Positions 61,641 to 64,000 of a DNA stretch of 64,000 nucleotides are shown here, in pieces. The notes under the pieces are model-generated. The model saw only the letters and a program-made list of their open reading frames with translations, was not told the origin of the DNA and did no database searches. Each line of letters starts with the position of its first letter. The stretch's first letter is position 1. The stretch lies in the NCBI GenBank assembly GCA_034421015.1, contig DAOUKT010000003.1, positions 5,152-69,151 of the forward strand. The letters are read 5' to 3'. The stretch is from Dehalococcoidia bacterium (GTDB lineage: Bacteria > Chloroflexota > Dehalococcoidia > Lucifugimonadales > UBA2985). The translations under genes and the position numbers were made by a program.

Positions 61641-62507
61641 CTAGATGGCGAACGCCTCCACCTGGTCCTCCAAGCTCCTGGGCCTGGCCTTCTGGGCCAT
61701 CACGTCTACGCGCTGGTCCATAGGCTCGGACGCCTCTCGCTGGTAGAGCAGACCCAGGGGAATGCCGCCCTCCTGCAGCAGGTTGAACGCCGCGCCCTTG
61801 TCCGAAGTGTCATGGTCATCCGGGATGTCCCATGCAATGGGAGCGATCTCCTTCTTGACGTTGCCCTTCAGCAGGTCGTAGTTGTCGTTGTAGGTTGTGC
61901 AGGGGGACTGCACGTGTACGATGGAGAACCCGGGGTAATCCATGCCCTGCTGGATGAGGCTCGCCAGTTCCCTGACCTTGCTGGAGAAGCCCGATGCGAT
62001 GAAGTTCACACCCATCGTCAGGTACATCTCCAAGGGGTTCATGGCGCTCTCAACCTTGCCGAAGGGAGTGGTAGGCGTGATCACGCCAAGCTCCGTGGTA
62101 GGAGAGCTCTGGCCCTTGGTCAGCCCGTAGACGCCGTTGTCCATGACAATGGCCGTCACGTTCAGGTTTCTCTGGGCCTGGGGGGCGATGTGCTCGCCGC
62201 CGATGCTCAGGAAGTCTCCGTCGCCGGACACGATTACTACGTTCAGGTCCGGCCGGCCCATCTTCACGCCGAAAGCCACCGGCAGCGTTCTGCCGTGCAG
62301 CCCGTGAATGCCGAAAGGTTGCACGCCGTCAAGCAGATGCACCAGGTTGCCAGAGCACCCGATGCCCGCCACGACAACCGTGCTGGTCATTGGCTGCTCA
62401 AGCTCTATGTTGCGCTTCTCGACGCCCATCTCCAGCGCACGCTTCACGCCGAAGTCGCCGCAACCCGGGCACCATTTGAAATCGTATTCGGGGTTCTTCT
62501 TGCTCAT
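61641..62507 (-). CDS. korB: 2-oxoacid:ferredoxin oxidoreductase beta subunit (TPP-binding)
   Basis: ORF track. Contains WCPGCGDFG and SGDGDFLSIGG. Confidence 0.85.
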   Translation of the reverse strand: MSKKNPEYDFKWCPGCGDFGVKRALEMGVEKRNIELEQPMTSTVVVAGIGCSGNLVHLLDGVQPFGIHGLHGRTLPVAFGVKMGRPDLNVVIVSGDGDFLSIGGEHIAPQAQRNLNVTAIVMDNGVYGLTKGQSSPTTELGVITPTTPFGKVESAMNPLEMYLTMGVNFIASGFSSKVRELASLIQQGMDYPGFSIVHVQSPCTTYNDNYDLLKGNVKKEIAPIAWDIPDDHDTSDKGAAFNLLQEGGIPLGLLYQREASEPMDQRVDVMAQKARPRSLEDQVEAFAI

Positions 62508-64000
62508 GCTCGCACCAACTCCTTCTGTCGGGCTTCGACTATCTCAGTTACCCTGGAGACCAGGTCTCTGACCTTGAAGGGCTTGCCTGTGTACTGGGTC
62601 AGGGCCTCGGCCTTCACTCCCTCCGCTCTCAGGATTGTGGCAAGCTGTCCCAGGTAGTTCAACTCCGGTACCAGGACCAGCTCCTTCTTCCTGAGCTCCT
62701 CCATCAGCTTTGGAGGCATCGGGTGAATCTGCATGGTGTAGTACCATCCGATGTTCAGCCCGTTTGCGGACATCTGGTCATAGGCCTCCCTGGCCGCGCC
62801 CTTGGAGCCGCCCCAGGGCAGCAGCGCAATCGGAGACTCGGAGTTCTCGGCTTCGTAGACGCCGTCCTCTAGCAGCTTCAGCTTGCTGAATCGCCGCTCG
62901 GTCATCTCTACGTGGCGGGTGGGCAGGTGGGTGGTGTCACCCATGCCGTCGTGCTCGCTAGCGTTGGCAACGTAGGGGCCGGGGCCGCCCGGGATTGGCA
63001 TGGGCGAAAGCTCCAGGCCGGCGTACCGTTCGTAGCCGTTGTCTCCCCGGTAGATGTTTCTCGGCTCCCGCACGACCTTGGTTACATCCGGCTTGGGGAT
63101 GTTCTGGGCCTGCTCCGAGAGGGCGTGGTCGCTGAGGAGGATCACCGGGCCCTGGTACTTCTCCGCCCAGTTGATGGCGTTGATTGCGGCGTAGTAGCAC
63201 TCCTCAACGGTGCCGGCGGCGATAATCGGCAGGCTGGCGTCGCCGTGAGCGGGGTGCAGCGCGGCGAACAGGTCAGACTGCTCAACCTTCGTGGGGAGTC
63301 CGGTGGCAGGGCCGCCCCTTTGAACGTCCACAACCACGCACGGAATCTCTGCCATCCACGCCATGCCCAAGCCCTCACTCATGAGGCTGAGCCCGGGGCC
63401 GGAGGTCGACGTCATCGACTTCTTGCCTGCGTAGCCTGCTCCCACAATCGCGTTTATGGACTCGATCTCGGAGCTGGCCTGGTAGACGAACTTGCCAGGG
63501 CCGACCAGGTTGCGCTCCATGTAGACAAGGATTGTAGTCGCCGGCGAAATGGGATAGCCGACGAAGAAGTCCAGGTCCGCCGCGAGCGCCCCGATGGCCA
63601 GGGCATCGTTGCCCTTGATCAGGACCTGCTCGTAGTCCGGGGGCGTCGGGTCGGCCAACTCGCCCAGGCTGAAGCCGCTCTTCTTGGCCTCCTCCCGGCC
63701 AAGGTCAAGGGCCATGATGTTGCCGCGGATGATCTCCTCGTCACCGGGGCGCCCCCTGCTGAACCGCTTGGTGACGAATTCCGGCAGGTAGTGCTCAGGC
63801 ATGTGCACCAAGTGAGCAATGGCTCCCAGGATTACCATGTTGGCCGCCCTGGGGTTCCCCGTAGACCTTGCCAGCTCATCAATCCGGATGCCGAAGCTCT
63901 TGCCGTCGTCTTCCAACTGGAAGTCCTCGGAGTTGTAGACGATGACTCCGCCCTCTCGTACCTCCTCCTGGTGGGTGTCGTAGGCCTCCCGGTCGAAGGC
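62504..64000 (-). CDS. korA: 2-oxoacid:ferredoxin oxidoreductase alpha subunit with fused gamma-like N-terminal region; 5' end outside the window
   Basis: ORF track 62504-63916. The frame stays open upstream to 64000 (AFDREAYDTHQEEVREGGVIVYNSEDFQLEDDGK by my own translation). It overlaps korB by 4 nt. Confidence 0.8.
   Translation of the reverse strand, partial: AFDREAYDTHQEEVREGGVIVYNSEDFQLEDDGKSFGIRIDELARSTGNPRAANMVILGAIAHLVHMPEHYLPEFVTKRFSRGRPGDEEIIRGNIMALDLGREEAKKSGFSLGELADPTPPDYEQVLIKGNDALAIGALAADLDFFVGYPISPATTILVYMERNLVGPGKFVYQASSEIESINAIVGAGYAGKKSMTSTSGPGLSLMSEGLGMAWMAEIPCVVVDVQRGGPATGLPTKVEQSDLFAALHPAHGDASLPIIAAGTVEECYYAAINAINWAEKYQGPVILLSDHALSEQAQNIPKPDVTKVVREPRNIYRGDNGYERYAGLELSPMPIPGGPGPYVANASEHDGMGDTTHLPTRHVEMTERRFSKLKLLEDGVYEAENSESPIALLPWGGSKGAAREAYDQMSANGLNIGWYYTMQIHPMPPKLMEELRKKELVLVPELNYLGQLATILRAEGVKAEALTQYTGKPFKVRDLVSRVTEIVEARQKELVRA

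Overview
High-GC bacterial chromosomal segment with about 70 protein-coding genes. I recognised no rRNA, tRNA, CRISPR array, transposase or integrase. The backbone is housekeeping and catabolic. It includes addAB, rmuC, rnhB-yraN, thiE, ccmE, korAB and a MoxR-DUF58-DUF4129 operon. It also holds five family III (CaiB/BaiF-type) CoA-transferase genes (three are tandem double-domain fusions), two HadAB-like MaoC hydratase pairs, an acyl-CoA dehydrogenase, a crotonase, a cyclase, two alpha/beta hydrolases, an ADH, two MFS transporters, an ABC exporter and an NCS2-like permease. This paralogue-rich CoA-transferase content, together with Pro/Thr-rich linkers in exported proteins, is reminiscent of marine Chloroflexota (SAR202-like). 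That placement is an inference I cannot verify here. Small, visibly AT-richer islets (judged by eye, not computed) interrupt the backbone and carry toxin-antitoxin or defence-type genes: four PIN/VapC modules, two NYN paralogues, two PaREP1/HEPN-like pairs, a HicB-like orphan and a retropepsin pair. Two observations stand out. (1) Positions 15955-17799 on the minus strand are not four ORFs. They form one gene for an exported three-domain thioredoxin-fold (PRX_like2/AhpC-TSA-type) protein. Each domain has an in-frame TGA exactly at the first Cys of the CxxC motif, followed by an identical 18-nt hairpin, so this is a candidate triple-selenocysteine protein. (2) A roughly 2-kb AT-richer islet (35630-37710) starts right after a 21-nt poly-G tract beside a vapBC module. 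It encodes a TIR-like plus zinc-ribbon protein and an unknown 350-aa partner, a candidate uncharacterised two-gene defence system. Other observations: fused and split versions of one two-subunit CoA-transferase architecture sit side by side; a promoter and leader hairpin with a compensatory base-pair change is conserved upstream of both NYN genes; duplicated promoter fragments suggest local rearrangements; ccmE is the CxxxY variant; and a TGCTATnnT extended -10-like motif recurs.
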